From Treponemataceae bacterium (GTDB taxonomy: Bacteria > Spirochaetota > Spirochaetia > Treponematales > Rectinemataceae): a stretch of DNA of 64,000 bases. The stretch is taken from positions 1,376,001-1,440,000 of the forward strand of contig CAXXVZ010000003.1 in assembly GCA_963678065.2 (NCBI GenBank), in the 5' to 3' direction. The notes beneath the pieces are model-generated. The model saw only the letters and a program-made list of their open reading frames with translations, made no database searches and was not told the DNA's origin. The translations under genes were made by a program, and so were the position numbers. Of the stretch, positions 9,542-19,168 are shown one piece after another (position 1 is the stretch's first letter; every line of letters starts with the position of its first letter).

Positions 9542-10438
9542 TCAGACCAGGTAGTCGCGGTACTCGGCAAGACAGCGCTCGATCCTCTTTCTGACCTGAT
9601 CGCTCAGCGCGTTTTCCTCGGCCGGGACAAGCGTCTTTTCCGTGGCGATGATCCCGAGCAGCTTCAGGGCGTACTTCTGGCCGATCCACACCGTGCTGAG
9701 ATCGGCGCCGTAGACGCCGTCGAATATCTTCAGCATGACACTCTGGCGCTCGGCCGCGGCGCGAAGATCGCCTGAATCGACCGCATCGGCGATCGAGCGG
9801 AACAATTTCGCCCCGAGCGGGGCCATTCCCACGAGGGCTCCGTCGCAGCCGAGGGCCAGGGACTCGTCGACGACCCACTCCTGCCCCTCGAAAAGGACGA
9901 AATTCCTGGTTCGCTTGAGTTCGAGCAATTCCTTTCTCGCCCGCAGGCTGTCGGAGGAGTTCTTTACGCCGGCCACGTTCGGGTGGGAGAAGAGTTCGGC
10001 GAACTGCTCCTTGGTGAGGGAAATTCCATTCGCGCCCGGCACGTAATACAGATAAATCGGCTTCGGCGAGAAATCCGCGATCTTCTGCACATATTTGACG
10101 GTGTCTTTCGGTTTCGCCCAGCCTCCCGGCAGCTGCACCGCGAAGGAATCGCAGCCCAGCTTCGAGAAGGTCTCGATGTTTTCGAGAATGCCGGCCAGCC
10201 CCGTGGAGTGGACACCCGCTATCATTTCGGCCCGGCCGCGGAGGATGCCGGAGGCTGCAAAGAGCAACTCCCGCTTCATCGCGCTGTCGAGGACAGCCCA
10301 CTCCCCCATCGAGCCGAGGAAAAAGAATCCCTCGATTCCCCTCTCGAGATCGAACTCGAGAAGGCGTTCCAGCGATGTCGCGTCGATTCTGCCCTCTTCG
10401 GTGAAGGGCGTGACGGACGCGGAATAAATTCGTTTCAT
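9542..10438 (-). CDS. DHDPS/N-acetylneuraminate lyase family class I aldolase
   Basis: TPF, GSMGE, YLYYVP and NVAGVKNS (Schiff-base Lys). GAGGAG RBS. Confidence 0.85.
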   Translation of the reverse strand: MKRIYSASVTPFTEEGRIDATSLERLLEFDLERGIEGFFFLGSMGEWAVLDSAMKRELLFAASGILRGRAEMIAGVHSTGLAGILENIETFSKLGCDSFAVQLPGGWAKPKDTVKYVQKIADFSPKPIYLYYVPGANGISLTKEQFAELFSHPNVAGVKNSSDSLRARKELLELKRTRNFVLFEGQEWVVDESLALGCDGALVGMAPLGAKLFRSIADAVDSGDLRAAAERQSVMLKIFDGVYGADLSTVWIGQKYALKLLGIIATEKTLVPAEENALSDQVRKRIERCLAEYRDYLV

Positions 10439-10464
10439 TCGGTTCTCCTCTTTTCCCGCGGATC

Positions 10465-11409
10465 TCAGGGGCGCACAGTCTTCCACAGAGCGGGATTCAC
10501 GCAATGTTCCGGGACCTCGTCGAAGGCGGCTGACACCTCGGCCAGGATTTCCGGACCGAGCGGGCCGCGCATGAAAATGTCGTAATTTTCGTCGAATTGA
10601 GCGGCCGTATCCATGCCGAGAATGCTCGTTCCGATCTCGGGCCGCGAAAACACGTATCTGAGGCTGAGGGTTTTCCGGTCCATGCCGTACCGGCCGGCGA
10701 TATCCTCGAGTCGCTCGATGTAGGCCCGAGCGTAGGAAAGGTTTGCGGGCAGCTCATCGGGCGCCATGAGGACGAGTCCCTGCAGGTAGGAGCTGCGGCT
10801 CACCACGAGGATACCGGATTTTTTGGCCTTCTCGAAGAATCCGGATTTCGCCCATCTGCCGTCGAAGACATTGAAGGGGATCTGGAGCGCCTCCAGTCCC
10901 GGCAGGCCGAAGCAAGCCTCTGCGCCGCTCGGGCCGACCTCCACGGAGACGCCGGCGTGCCGGACCTGCCCCGATGCGACCGCGTCGAGGAGAAAGTTCC
11001 AGAGGCAGGGAAACCTGAGGTAGCGCTCGGTGTGCAGAAGGCAGAGTTCGAGGCTGTCCACCCTGAGAGCCGCAAGACTTCCCTCGAGGCTCGCGCGCGC
11101 CGCCGCGAGGAGCCCGGGCTCGTCCATGGACTCCCAATCCCCCGGCAAGTCCAGTTTCGTGGCGACGATGAAGTCATCCCGCGCACCGAGCCGGTCGAGG
11201 GCATCGGCTATGCGCGCCTCGCTCGAACCGTAGGCCCTGGCGGTGTCGAGGAAGGTGACGCCCCGCTGTCTGCACTTTTCGAACACAGCGTCGATGTCCG
11301 CCGTCGGCGTCTGCCCCGTCTTGTTGTTTATGCCGTAGCTCAAACCGTACTGGACGGTTCCGACACCGAGGCGGGAGACTGCGCGACCGAAGAAATCGTA
11401 GTGCTGCAT
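10465..11409 (-). CDS. Aldo/keto reductase
   Basis: GTVQYG, DTARAYG, ATK, LLH and QIPFNVFD motifs. Confidence 0.9.
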   Translation of the reverse strand: MQHYDFFGRAVSRLGVGTVQYGLSYGINNKTGQTPTADIDAVFEKCRQRGVTFLDTARAYGSSEARIADALDRLGARDDFIVATKLDLPGDWESMDEPGLLAAARASLEGSLAALRVDSLELCLLHTERYLRFPCLWNFLLDAVASGQVRHAGVSVEVGPSGAEACFGLPGLEALQIPFNVFDGRWAKSGFFEKAKKSGILVVSRSSYLQGLVLMAPDELPANLSYARAYIERLEDIAGRYGMDRKTLSLRYVFSRPEIGTSILGMDTAAQFDENYDIFMRGPLGPEILAEVSAAFDEVPEHCVNPALWKTVRP

Positions 11410-11426
11410 TTTAATTCCAACCTATG

Positions 11427-11472
11427 ATAATGTTATGACAATCATAATGACGTCATTGTCGCAACTTGTCAA
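11427..11472 (-). promoter_or_regulatory. Internal sigma70-type promoter (TTGACA-17-CATTAT) with ATAACATTAT box
   Basis: AT-rich gap. On minus: TTGACA 11472-11467, CATTAT 11449-11444, ATAACATTAT 11436-11427. The palindrome AATGACGTCATT overlaps the spacer and -10. Confidence 0.6.
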
Positions 11473-11499
11473 GACAAAACGTTGGTCCTGACGACTGCT

Positions 11500-12816
11500 T
11501 CAGTTCAGACGTCTGAACCCGCTGTGCGCCACGGGTCCTGCGAGCGAGGATTCGATCTCATCCGCCGCGATGACCCCGGCGATGAGCGCGAAAACTTCCT
11601 CGATGGCCTTTCCGTACAGCGAGACCGGCCCGTCGCGATGCGCGAGCGTGGGGTAGAGGGAAACTCCCGCGAGGAATCCCCGCTCGAGCATCGCCTGAGT
11701 GTAGAGCGTCCGGAGGGCCTCCGCCTTGGGATGCACGAAGCGGAAATGGGCGAGGCAGGCCTGGCATCCCCCGGTGTCGACGGGAAGTCCGTTTTTCTTC
11801 GCCGAAGTCTTCCAGTAGTCGAGGACACGGCGCCCCACATCCTCCACATAGGCCGGCACATCCGCGGCCCGCATCTTGGCGAGGGTGGCGAGGGCCGCCA
11901 CCGGACCGACGCTCTCGGTCCAATTCGTGCTGCTGATGAAAGATGTGTTCGCGCCCTCCATCGCCCTTGTGCTGCCGATGATCGCGCCGATGGGGTGTCC
12001 GTTGCCGAGGGCCTTCGCGAATATCGCGAGGTCGGGAGTTACGCCGAATTTCAGGTGCGCCCCGCCGAAATGGAGCCGCCAGCCTATGGTGATCTCGTCG
12101 AAAATGAGAAGGGCGCCGCAGCGGTGAGCCTGTTCCTTCACGTAGTCGAGGAAGCCCGGCGCGGGGTCGGTGTTCCTGCAGGGCTCCATGATGACCGCGG
12201 CGAGGTCCTTCCCGTGCTCCGCGATGATGGCCTCGAGTTCCCGCGCGTCGCCGAAGTGGAAGGCGAGACTCGTCCCCGCGAGTTCGCGGGGTACGCCGTG
12301 GGGATCGAGACCCGGAAGGAGGTGTCCGCCGAGGGCCTCGCTGTCGCCGAGATTGCAGGCGAGGTACCAGTCCTGCCAGCCGTGATAGCCGCAAATGGCG
12401 ACGATGGATCTGCCCGTCGTGGCCCTCGCGATGCGCACGGCCACCGCGCAGGCTTCTCCGCCCGAGCGGGTGAAGCGCGCCTGTTCGGCCCAGGGATGTA
12501 TCCCGCAGAGGGTATCGGCGAGCTCCACTTCCTCGGGCGGATTGAGAGAGCACATGCTCCCCCTGTCGATGCGGGATTTGACCGCGGAAGAGACATCCGG
12601 GTCCGCGAAGCCGAGGAGGCAGGAGCCGATTCCGTTCGTGGACATGTCGATGTAGCGCTTCCCGTCCAGATCCCAGACTTCGCAGCCTCTGGCCTCGCTG
12701 AAATAGGCCGGCCAGAGATCCGGAGCCATCATCTCCGGACGCTTGCTGAGGAGCTGTGTGCCTCCGGGAATCCTGATTTTCGCGCGCTCGTACAGCGCCG
12801 CCGTCACACTTTTCAT
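11500..12816 (-). CDS. Class III PLP aminotransferase (GSA-aminomutase-like)
   Basis: WDLDGKRYID, GYHGW, FDEITIGWR and FAKALGNG (PLP Lys). Confidence 0.9.
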   Translation of the reverse strand: MKSVTAALYERAKIRIPGGTQLLSKRPEMMAPDLWPAYFSEARGCEVWDLDGKRYIDMSTNGIGSCLLGFADPDVSSAVKSRIDRGSMCSLNPPEEVELADTLCGIHPWAEQARFTRSGGEACAVAVRIARATTGRSIVAICGYHGWQDWYLACNLGDSEALGGHLLPGLDPHGVPRELAGTSLAFHFGDARELEAIIAEHGKDLAAVIMEPCRNTDPAPGFLDYVKEQAHRCGALLIFDEITIGWRLHFGGAHLKFGVTPDLAIFAKALGNGHPIGAIIGSTRAMEGANTSFISSTNWTESVGPVAALATLAKMRAADVPAYVEDVGRRVLDYWKTSAKKNGLPVDTGGCQACLAHFRFVHPKAEALRTLYTQAMLERGFLAGVSLYPTLAHRDGPVSLYGKAIEEVFALIAGVIAADEIESSLAGPVAHSGFRRLN

Positions 12817-13595
12817 TTCGCCGTATACCCGCCGTCCAGGGCTATGTTCGCGCCGGTCATATAAAGGGACGCGTCCGACGCGAGGTAGACGATGAGTCCC
12901 ATGAGATCCGTGTCATTCGCGAGCCGCCCGAGCTGCGTTCTCTCCGAATAATTCGCCTTGAAGCGCTCCGGCTGCGAGGGCATCGCGAGGCCGCCGGGGG
13001 AGACGCAATTGACGCGGATATTGAAGCGGCCGAAGTAGCTCGCGCAGAATCGCGTGAAGTTGATCATGCCGCCCTTGTGGAAAAAGTAGGAGCCGCACCA
13101 GCTCTCCATATCCGTCCCGTCGTAGTTGTGCTGCTCGAGCCCCACGGCACCCATCATCGAGGAGATATTGACGATGGAGCCGGCCCTGTTGGGTATCATC
13201 AGCTCGCCGAAGGCCCTCGTGATGATGAAGAGCCCTGTTCCGTTTATGTGCAGGTCGGCGTCGAAGGCGCTCGCGTCATCCCCCCAGTCTCGCATGTTCC
13301 GGGAGACTGCGTTGTTCACGAGGATGTCGCAGGTCCCGCTCCTCTTCGCGACCTCGTCGCGGAGACGGAGGATCGACGACTCGTCGCCCTGGTCGTACTG
13401 GAGGGCGGTGACCTTGAGCCCCCTCGCCCTGTACTCCTGCGCCGCCGTTTCCAGAGCCTCCACGTTCCGCGAGGCGATGTAGGTGTCCGCGCCGGCCTCG
13501 GCGAGCGCCGTGAGGCACTGCCTGCCATAGAGCCCCGCACCGCCCGTGAGGACGGCGACTTTCCCGTTCAGCGAAAACATATCGAGGACGCCCAT
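12813..13595 (-). CDS. SDR oxidoreductase, PtmA-like
   Basis: TGGAGLYG, NNA, YFFHK (YxxxK), NYDGTDM insert and IRVNCVSPGG. Confidence 0.85.
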   Translation of the reverse strand: MGVLDMFSLNGKVAVLTGGAGLYGRQCLTALAEAGADTYIASRNVEALETAAQEYRARGLKVTALQYDQGDESSILRLRDEVAKRSGTCDILVNNAVSRNMRDWGDDASAFDADLHINGTGLFIITRAFGELMIPNRAGSIVNISSMMGAVGLEQHNYDGTDMESWCGSYFFHKGGMINFTRFCASYFGRFNIRVNCVSPGGLAMPSQPERFKANYSERTQLGRLANDTDLMGLIVYLASDASLYMTGANIALDGGYTAK

Positions 13596-13596
13596 T

Positions 13597-14430
13597 CTAC
13601 CGCCCCTCCTGACTCTTTCCGGTCTGCCCGTAGAACTCCACGGCCCCGTTGCCCGCGCCGATCCCCGCCGCGGCGGCCATCGACGCGCAGTACTGGCTCA
13701 AGCCCACCACATCCGCGCCGATGCTCAGGAAGCGGTAGCCCGCGTCGATGAGCTCCTGGCGATTCTGCGGGTTGCAGACAGTGCCCGCGAATTTACCGTA
13801 TTTCTTCGCGAGTTCGGGTATTTTTTTCCGTATTTCGAGAAGCCTCGGATTCTTGAAGTTGCCCGGATCCCCGATCGCGACGCTGAAATCCCCCGGGCCG
13901 AAAAAGAGAATGTCGTAGCCGTCCACCGCAGCTATCTCTTCGAGCCTGTCGGCGCTCTCAGGATCCTCGATCTGGAGAATGACGAATTTTTCGCTGTTGG
14001 AGCGCGCGAGATACTCGAGGAAAGGAACGTTGCAGTAGGCGGCGTCCGCGTTGCCGCCATCGACGGCCCTGCGTCCAAGGGGAGGAAATTTCGTCATCCG
14101 GACGACGGCCGCAGCGTCCTCGCCGCTCATCACGTGGGGAACCATGATGCCGGCAGCGTCGAGCTCGAAGGGCCGAACGTAATCGCTGTAGCCGCCCCGC
14201 GAAACCCGGCAGAGTATGTCGGTGTCGCGGGTTTTCGCGGCCAGTATCTGCCTTTCCAGCGAGGCCCAGTCGTTGCCGACATGCTCCATGCAGGTCCAGA
14301 CGCAATCGAAGCCGTGCATGGCCGCGATCTCCACGGAGCGCGAATCGCTCAAGTTCACCTTGAAACAGTTCGCGACGCCGCCCGATCTGAGTACGCGGAG
14401 CGTCCTGCTCTTTCTCATCGTAAAATTCAT
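13597..14430 (-). CDS. HpcH/HpaI class II pyruvate-dependent aldolase
   Basis: CMEH, FPPLGRR, QIE and GPGDFS motifs. Confidence 0.9.
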   Translation of the reverse strand: MNFTMRKSRTLRVLRSGGVANCFKVNLSDSRSVEIAAMHGFDCVWTCMEHVGNDWASLERQILAAKTRDTDILCRVSRGGYSDYVRPFELDAAGIMVPHVMSGEDAAAVVRMTKFPPLGRRAVDGGNADAAYCNVPFLEYLARSNSEKFVILQIEDPESADRLEEIAAVDGYDILFFGPGDFSVAIGDPGNFKNPRLLEIRKKIPELAKKYGKFAGTVCNPQNRQELIDAGYRFLSIGADVVGLSQYCASMAAAAGIGAGNGAVEFYGQTGKSQEGR

Positions 14431-14524
14431 GGTTTCTCCATTGAATACCCGGATTCATGCCCTCGCAGGGCGCCTCATGCAGGCATCGCAGGGGACGGAT
14501 CCGTCCGCGACGCCGGCCTGCCCG

Positions 14525-15499
14525 TCAGAGTATGTCTTTCAGGAACACTTCCTCGCCGTGCAAGTCCCTGCTCATCTGGCCCGCGATCACCATGCGCATG
14601 AGCTCCTCGGTCTCGCTGTAGGGGAAAGGCCGCAGGCCCGTGCGGAGGTAGTCCACGAACTTCACGAGCTGTTTGCGGAACGAGTAGTAGCTGTCCCTCT
14701 GGACGACCGTGTCGCTCCCCTTCGTCCCGCAGAGCGTCATGAGACCGAAGCCCCCGAACATGTCCTTCGTGACGACCACGACGACGTCGATCCCCTTCTC
14801 GTGCTTGAAGTGGACGACATTCCTCTCGGCCGTGCCGGTGTTCCTGCACGAGATGTAGCCGGGTCCCGTCACGGAGAAGACGCCCTCGAGCGCATGGATG
14901 CCGTAGGTCTCCCATTTCTTCGCGCAGGTCACCGTGACGTAGCGCAGTTCGCCCAGATTGTGCGTGGATTCCTGATAGGGGATATATTCCTTGGAGTACC
15001 GCATGGAACTGCTGCTCATGATCGGTCTGCCCTCGGCCACCCAGGCGTTGAAGACGGCGAGATCCCGGGCGTTGTCCACGAGGGGTTTGTCGACGAAGAT
15101 GGGAATCCCCGCCTCCACGAAGGGTCTCGCCCTCTCGACGTGCTCGCTCCCGATGTCCGTCGCGATGATCACCGCGTCGACCTCGCCTATGACATCCTCA
15201 GGATGCGCCACCACCTTCGGGATGAGGGAGCAGCGCGCCGCGTGCTCGGCCTCAAAATCTCCCGAACCTGTGCAGCAGATGTGGGTGACCTTCGCTCCGG
15301 GGATGCCGAGCGTGTCCTTGGGCTGTTTGTTCAGGTATTCAGGTATGCCCGCGTAAGGACACTCGGAAGTCATCAGGCTCTCGTCGTATCCGTTGAAAAT
15401 CGCGCTCCAGGAATAGGGGTGCCCGTTGCCGGGCGTGCGGCCCAGCATGGCTATCCGGATGCTCTCCGATTCGACGAGCGGTTTACCAAGCTTTTCCAT
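14525..15499 (-). CDS. Gfo/Idh/MocA family oxidoreductase
   Basis: GNGHPYSWSAIFNG, FVDKP and YGIH motifs. Confidence 0.85.
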   Translation of the reverse strand: MEKLGKPLVESESIRIAMLGRTPGNGHPYSWSAIFNGYDESLMTSECPYAGIPEYLNKQPKDTLGIPGAKVTHICCTGSGDFEAEHAARCSLIPKVVAHPEDVIGEVDAVIIATDIGSEHVERARPFVEAGIPIFVDKPLVDNARDLAVFNAWVAEGRPIMSSSSMRYSKEYIPYQESTHNLGELRYVTVTCAKKWETYGIHALEGVFSVTGPGYISCRNTGTAERNVVHFKHEKGIDVVVVVTKDMFGGFGLMTLCGTKGSDTVVQRDSYYSFRKQLVKFVDYLRTGLRPFPYSETEELMRMVIAGQMSRDLHGEEVFLKDIL

Positions 15500-15541
15500 G
15501 ACGTAACACTCCCTGGCGTATCTGCCATCGCCTATCGATCA

Positions 15542-16402
15542 TCAGCCTTTGACGGCCCCCATCGTGATGCCCTTAACGAAGTACTTCTGGAAGAACGCGA
15601 AGATCGCGATCATGGGCATGGCCCCGAAACTGGCCCCCGCCATGAGCAGGCCATAGTCGACGCTCATCTCCGTGCTGGACACCTTCGAGATCCCGACCGG
15701 AAGCGTCGCCATGGCGAGATCCTTCACCATGACGAGCTGCCACATGTAGTCGTTCCAGGTGTTCACGAAGGTCAGGATGCCGATGGTCGCTATCGCGGGC
15801 ACGCTGATCGGAAGGATGATCCGGGAGAACACCGTCCACTCGCCCGCGCCGTCGATCTTCGCCGATTGGATTATGTCGTCGGGCAAGCCCTGCATGTACT
15901 GCTTCATGAGAAAGAGACCGAAAGGCCACGCCACCATCGGGAGGAACTGCCCCGGATAGGTGTTGTAGAGGGAATACTTGTTCATGAGGATATAGAGGGG
16001 GATGAGCATCACCTGCTTGGGAACCATCATCGCAGTGAGGAGCATCCAGAAAAGGAAGTTCTTCCCGGCGAACTTTTTCTTGCCGAAGGCGTATCCCGCG
16101 AGCGAGGAGAAGAAGACCGTCAGCACCGTGCTGGAGCTCGCGACAATCAGGCTGTTCAGAAACCACCTGAGTGCGGGAGTCTGATTGAAGAGTTTGTCGA
16201 AATTCTTCAGGGTCAGCTTCACCGGAAGAAACACCGGAGGAGTCTGGATGGCGAAGAAGGAGGGCTGAAACGCCGCCTTGGCCATCCAATACAGAGGGAA
16301 CAAGAAAAGAAACGCCAGAAGGAGCAGAAGGATGAACGAAACGGTGAAGCCCGCCCTGTTCAGAAAACCGCCCTGTCTATATTCGTTAGTGCTGGTGAGC
16401 AT
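15542..16402 (-). CDS. Carbohydrate ABC transporter permease (MalG-like)
   Basis: SAKIDGA EAA loop, WNDY and TM helices. Confidence 0.95.
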   Translation of the reverse strand: MLTSTNEYRQGGFLNRAGFTVSFILLLLLAFLFLFPLYWMAKAAFQPSFFAIQTPPVFLPVKLTLKNFDKLFNQTPALRWFLNSLIVASSSTVLTVFFSSLAGYAFGKKKFAGKNFLFWMLLTAMMVPKQVMLIPLYILMNKYSLYNTYPGQFLPMVAWPFGLFLMKQYMQGLPDDIIQSAKIDGAGEWTVFSRIILPISVPAIATIGILTFVNTWNDYMWQLVMVKDLAMATLPVGISKVSSTEMSVDYGLLMAGASFGAMPMIAIFAFFQKYFVKGITMGAVKG

Positions 16403-16415
16403 CGGTCTTCTCCCG

Positions 16416-17288
16416 TCAATAGTTGAGCTCTTCGCCCGCGTACAGTTTCTGGAGCAGTGTTATGAGGATGACGATGACGAGCAGAACCATCCCCATCGCC
16501 GAGGCCCTTCCGAACTGGTTGAACCAGAAAGCGTCCTTGTATATCTGGAAGACGATGGTCTCCGTGGACCTCGCCGGCCCTCCGTTCGTCAGCAGCTGGA
16601 TGACCACCCATGTCTGGAAGACGGCGATCGTCTGCGTGACCAGGATAAAGAAGGTCGTCGGCTTGAGGAGGGGGGCCACAATCTTCCACTTTATTGTCGA
16701 AGGTTTCGCGCCGTCGATGCGCGCGGCCTCAAGTATCTCCTCGGGGACGTTGCCCACTGCCGCGAGGTACACGATGAGGATGGTGCCGAAATTGAACGTA
16801 AAAATGACGATCATCAGGTAGTACAGTGTCCGGGGCGAGGCCATCCACATGACCGGCGCCTGTCCGAGCAGTTCCATCATGAAATTCAGTAGTCCGTAGC
16901 TCGGATCGAATATCCACTTCCAGATCAGGCTTATCACGACACCGCTCAGAACGACGGGGAGGTAGAAAACCGCGCGGAAAAAAGCGCCCAGGCCGCTCGA
17001 GAGTTTATTGATCCGTATGGCGGTGACAAAGCCGATGAAGGTCGCCACAGGAACGAGAATTATGACGAGGATGAAGGTATTCTTGATCGCGACAATGAAG
17101 TAGGGATCGCTGAAAATGTCGAAGTAATTGGCGAATCCTATCCACTTCGCCGCGATCAGGCCCTTCTGCTGAAAGCTGATGATGAAAGAGAGGATGATCG
17201 GATACAGGACGAAGAGCAGGAACATGAGGACGCTCGGCAGTATGAAGAGATAGGCCGAACTGTTTCTTTCGAGAGATTTCTTTTTCAT
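16416..17288 (-). CDS. Carbohydrate ABC transporter permease (MalF-like)
   Basis: EAARIDGA, TNGGP and TM helices. Confidence 0.95.
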   Translation of the reverse strand: MKKKSLERNSSAYLFILPSVLMFLLFVLYPIILSFIISFQQKGLIAAKWIGFANYFDIFSDPYFIVAIKNTFILVIILVPVATFIGFVTAIRINKLSSGLGAFFRAVFYLPVVLSGVVISLIWKWIFDPSYGLLNFMMELLGQAPVMWMASPRTLYYLMIVIFTFNFGTILIVYLAAVGNVPEEILEAARIDGAKPSTIKWKIVAPLLKPTTFFILVTQTIAVFQTWVVIQLLTNGGPARSTETIVFQIYKDAFWFNQFGRASAMGMVLLVIVILITLLQKLYAGEELNY

Positions 17289-17317
17289 CAGCTCACCCGC
17301 AGGAATTGGGATATGAA

Positions 17318-17345
17318 TTTCCTCCCGGGATACCCCGGGAGGAAA
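17318..17345 (-). terminator. Perfect 12-bp stem-loop between SBP and permease (partial terminator or mRNA stabiliser)
   Basis: tttcctcccggg-atac-cccgggaggaaa. Confidence 0.7.
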
Positions 17346-17352
17346 AGGATGC

Positions 17353-18699
17353 TTACTGACCTAAGATTTTTTTGAGACCGGCTTCGAGATCGGCGGCTGT
17401 CTTCTCGGGAGTCTTCATCCCGGAGAACATGGCCTGGAGCTGGGATCCCAGCTCGGTGCGGATCTTGTTGTAGTTGGGATTGGAGAGCCCGAAGTTCCCC
17501 GAGGGGTACTTGGCCAGGATGTCCTGCATCGTCTCGCCGAGGGCATCGCCCTTGTAGATGTTCAAGGCGGCGATCGACTTGGTCGCGGGGAGCTGTCCGA
17601 GCATCTTCGCGGAGGCCGCGAGATACTTGCCCTGGATGTAGAACTCGATGAACTCGACCGCCGCTTTCTGCTTGGCCTGATCCTTGGTCATGACGATGAA
17701 GCCGGTGGGTCCGATCGCGACGGAGGGGCTGATTCCGGGTTTGGTCGGGAAGGGATAGAGGGAAACGGCCGCCGGTCCTTCGATAGTGCCGTCTTTCACG
17801 GCCGCGGCCATCGTGGTGTAGTGACCTCTGTTGCCGGCCCAGCCGCCGATCTTGTTGCTGTACATGAGCTTCAGAACGTCGGAGCTGGTCATGCTCGCGG
17901 TGCCGGGGGCGAGGAGTCCATCCTTGTCGAGGGAGAGGAGGAACTTGAGCGCTTCCACGGTCTGGGGAGAGTTGACCACGACCTTGCCGCTCTTGTCGAA
18001 GAGCTGTCCGCCGAATCCCCAGATGAATTCCCACCACACGTAGTCGCCCTGCTCGCTCGCGCAGCCGAGGCCGTAGGGATAGACACCCTTCGGGAAGGCT
18101 TTCTTGGCGGCGACGAGGCGGTTGCGGAAATCATCCATCGACTGTGCGGTGCCGAGAGGAGGAAGAGCGTTTCCGATACCGTATTTGTCGAACAGGAACT
18201 TGTTGAAGAGCTGCATCTGGACCCAGGCGAAGATCGGGTAGGCGTGAAGCTTCCCGTTGATCATGTACAGGTCCTTGAACGAGGGGATTATGTCGTCGAT
18301 CGCCTTCTGGGAGATGAGATTGTCGAGGGGGATGCCCGCTCCCTGATAGTACCATCCGCCTGTGCGCCCGAGGTAATCGAGGACGATATCCGGAGGATTT
18401 CCGCCCGCGATGGCCACATTCACTTTGTCGACGCCGCCTTCCCAGGGCTGCAGTTCAGGAACGACTTCGATGTCGGGGTTGGCCTTGTTGAACTCGGATA
18501 CGAGGAACTTCTCCCAATCCCCGAAGGCCTTCGAGTTGGACTCGTACCCGGCGATGTTGATGAACTGGGGGAAGAACCAGAATGTTATTTTGGTTTTACC
18601 ACCCGCAGCACTGGTTCCCTTCTGTGTCTGGGCCGAGACCCCGGACGCAAGGAACAGAATACAGAACAGCAGCAAGAGAGATGACTTCGCTCTTTTCAT
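17353..18699 (-). CDS. Carbohydrate ABC transporter substrate-binding protein
   Basis: Signal peptide ending SAQ, GNPPD and FNK motifs. GGAGG RBS before ATG 18699. Confidence 0.95.
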   Translation of the reverse strand: MKRAKSSLLLLFCILFLASGVSAQTQKGTSAAGGKTKITFWFFPQFINIAGYESNSKAFGDWEKFLVSEFNKANPDIEVVPELQPWEGGVDKVNVAIAGGNPPDIVLDYLGRTGGWYYQGAGIPLDNLISQKAIDDIIPSFKDLYMINGKLHAYPIFAWVQMQLFNKFLFDKYGIGNALPPLGTAQSMDDFRNRLVAAKKAFPKGVYPYGLGCASEQGDYVWWEFIWGFGGQLFDKSGKVVVNSPQTVEALKFLLSLDKDGLLAPGTASMTSSDVLKLMYSNKIGGWAGNRGHYTTMAAAVKDGTIEGPAAVSLYPFPTKPGISPSVAIGPTGFIVMTKDQAKQKAAVEFIEFYIQGKYLAASAKMLGQLPATKSIAALNIYKGDALGETMQDILAKYPSGNFGLSNPNYNKIRTELGSQLQAMFSGMKTPEKTAADLEAGLKKILGQ

Positions 18700-18855
18700 A
18701 AACACCTCCCGATAAACTTTCTCCGCCCCACGGACGGCCTGTTGCCACGAGACAAATGAACAAGCGACGCAGCCGAAAGGTATTCGCCTTCGGACCGGAA
18801 AGGATTCCTGCGGTCCGGAAGTCTTGCACGGACGCTCGCTTCCTGGACAAAAGTC

Positions 18856-18884
18856 ATGCTATACCGGATATAACAATATGTCAA
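18856..18884 (-). promoter_or_regulatory. sigma70-type promoter (TTGACA-17-TAGCAT) with ATAACAATAT box in the spacer
   Basis: TTGACA 18884-18879, TAGCAT 18861-18856, box 18870-18879. Confidence 0.65.
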
Positions 18885-19081
18885 TAAAAAAGCGATCTAC
18901 TTTCTTTACAATTTTTATTGCTTTACTTTGCATTCCTTAGGCTTTCGTTTTAAACAAAACAGAACGGACGGACGCGATGATCATTCCGGATGCCGGACTC
19001 GCCTGAGGATAGGGCCAAAGGTCGCCCCACTGAAGCCCATCCCTCACCACGTGGCCTCAGGACGGCGAGGAGAATCGACCG

Positions 19082-19126
19082 AATTCATTTCAGAAATTAT
19101 AATTAGACATTTTCCAATAAGTCAAG
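19082..19126 (-). promoter_or_regulatory. sigma70-type promoter (TTGACT-18-TATAAT) with candidate ROK operator
   Basis: 34/45 ungapped identity to 23041-23085. AATT-N9-AATT at 19082-19098. Confidence 0.65.
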
Positions 19127-19168
19127 AACATTCTGCATTCCTAATCACGGCACGAATCGTACAATAGT

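Noticed and set aside
11500..12816. Calling the aminotransferase hemL and the URO-D-like gene hemE (tetrapyrrole synthesis)
   Set aside because: No other hem genes are present, the context is sugar catabolism, and the similarity is superfamily-level only.
14216..16426. 736-aa plus-strand ORF and many other long antisense or off-frame ORFs (e.g. 23221-25695, 41423-43096)
   Set aside because: These are shadow ORFs expected from high GC3 codon bias. They have no motifs and overlap well-supported genes.
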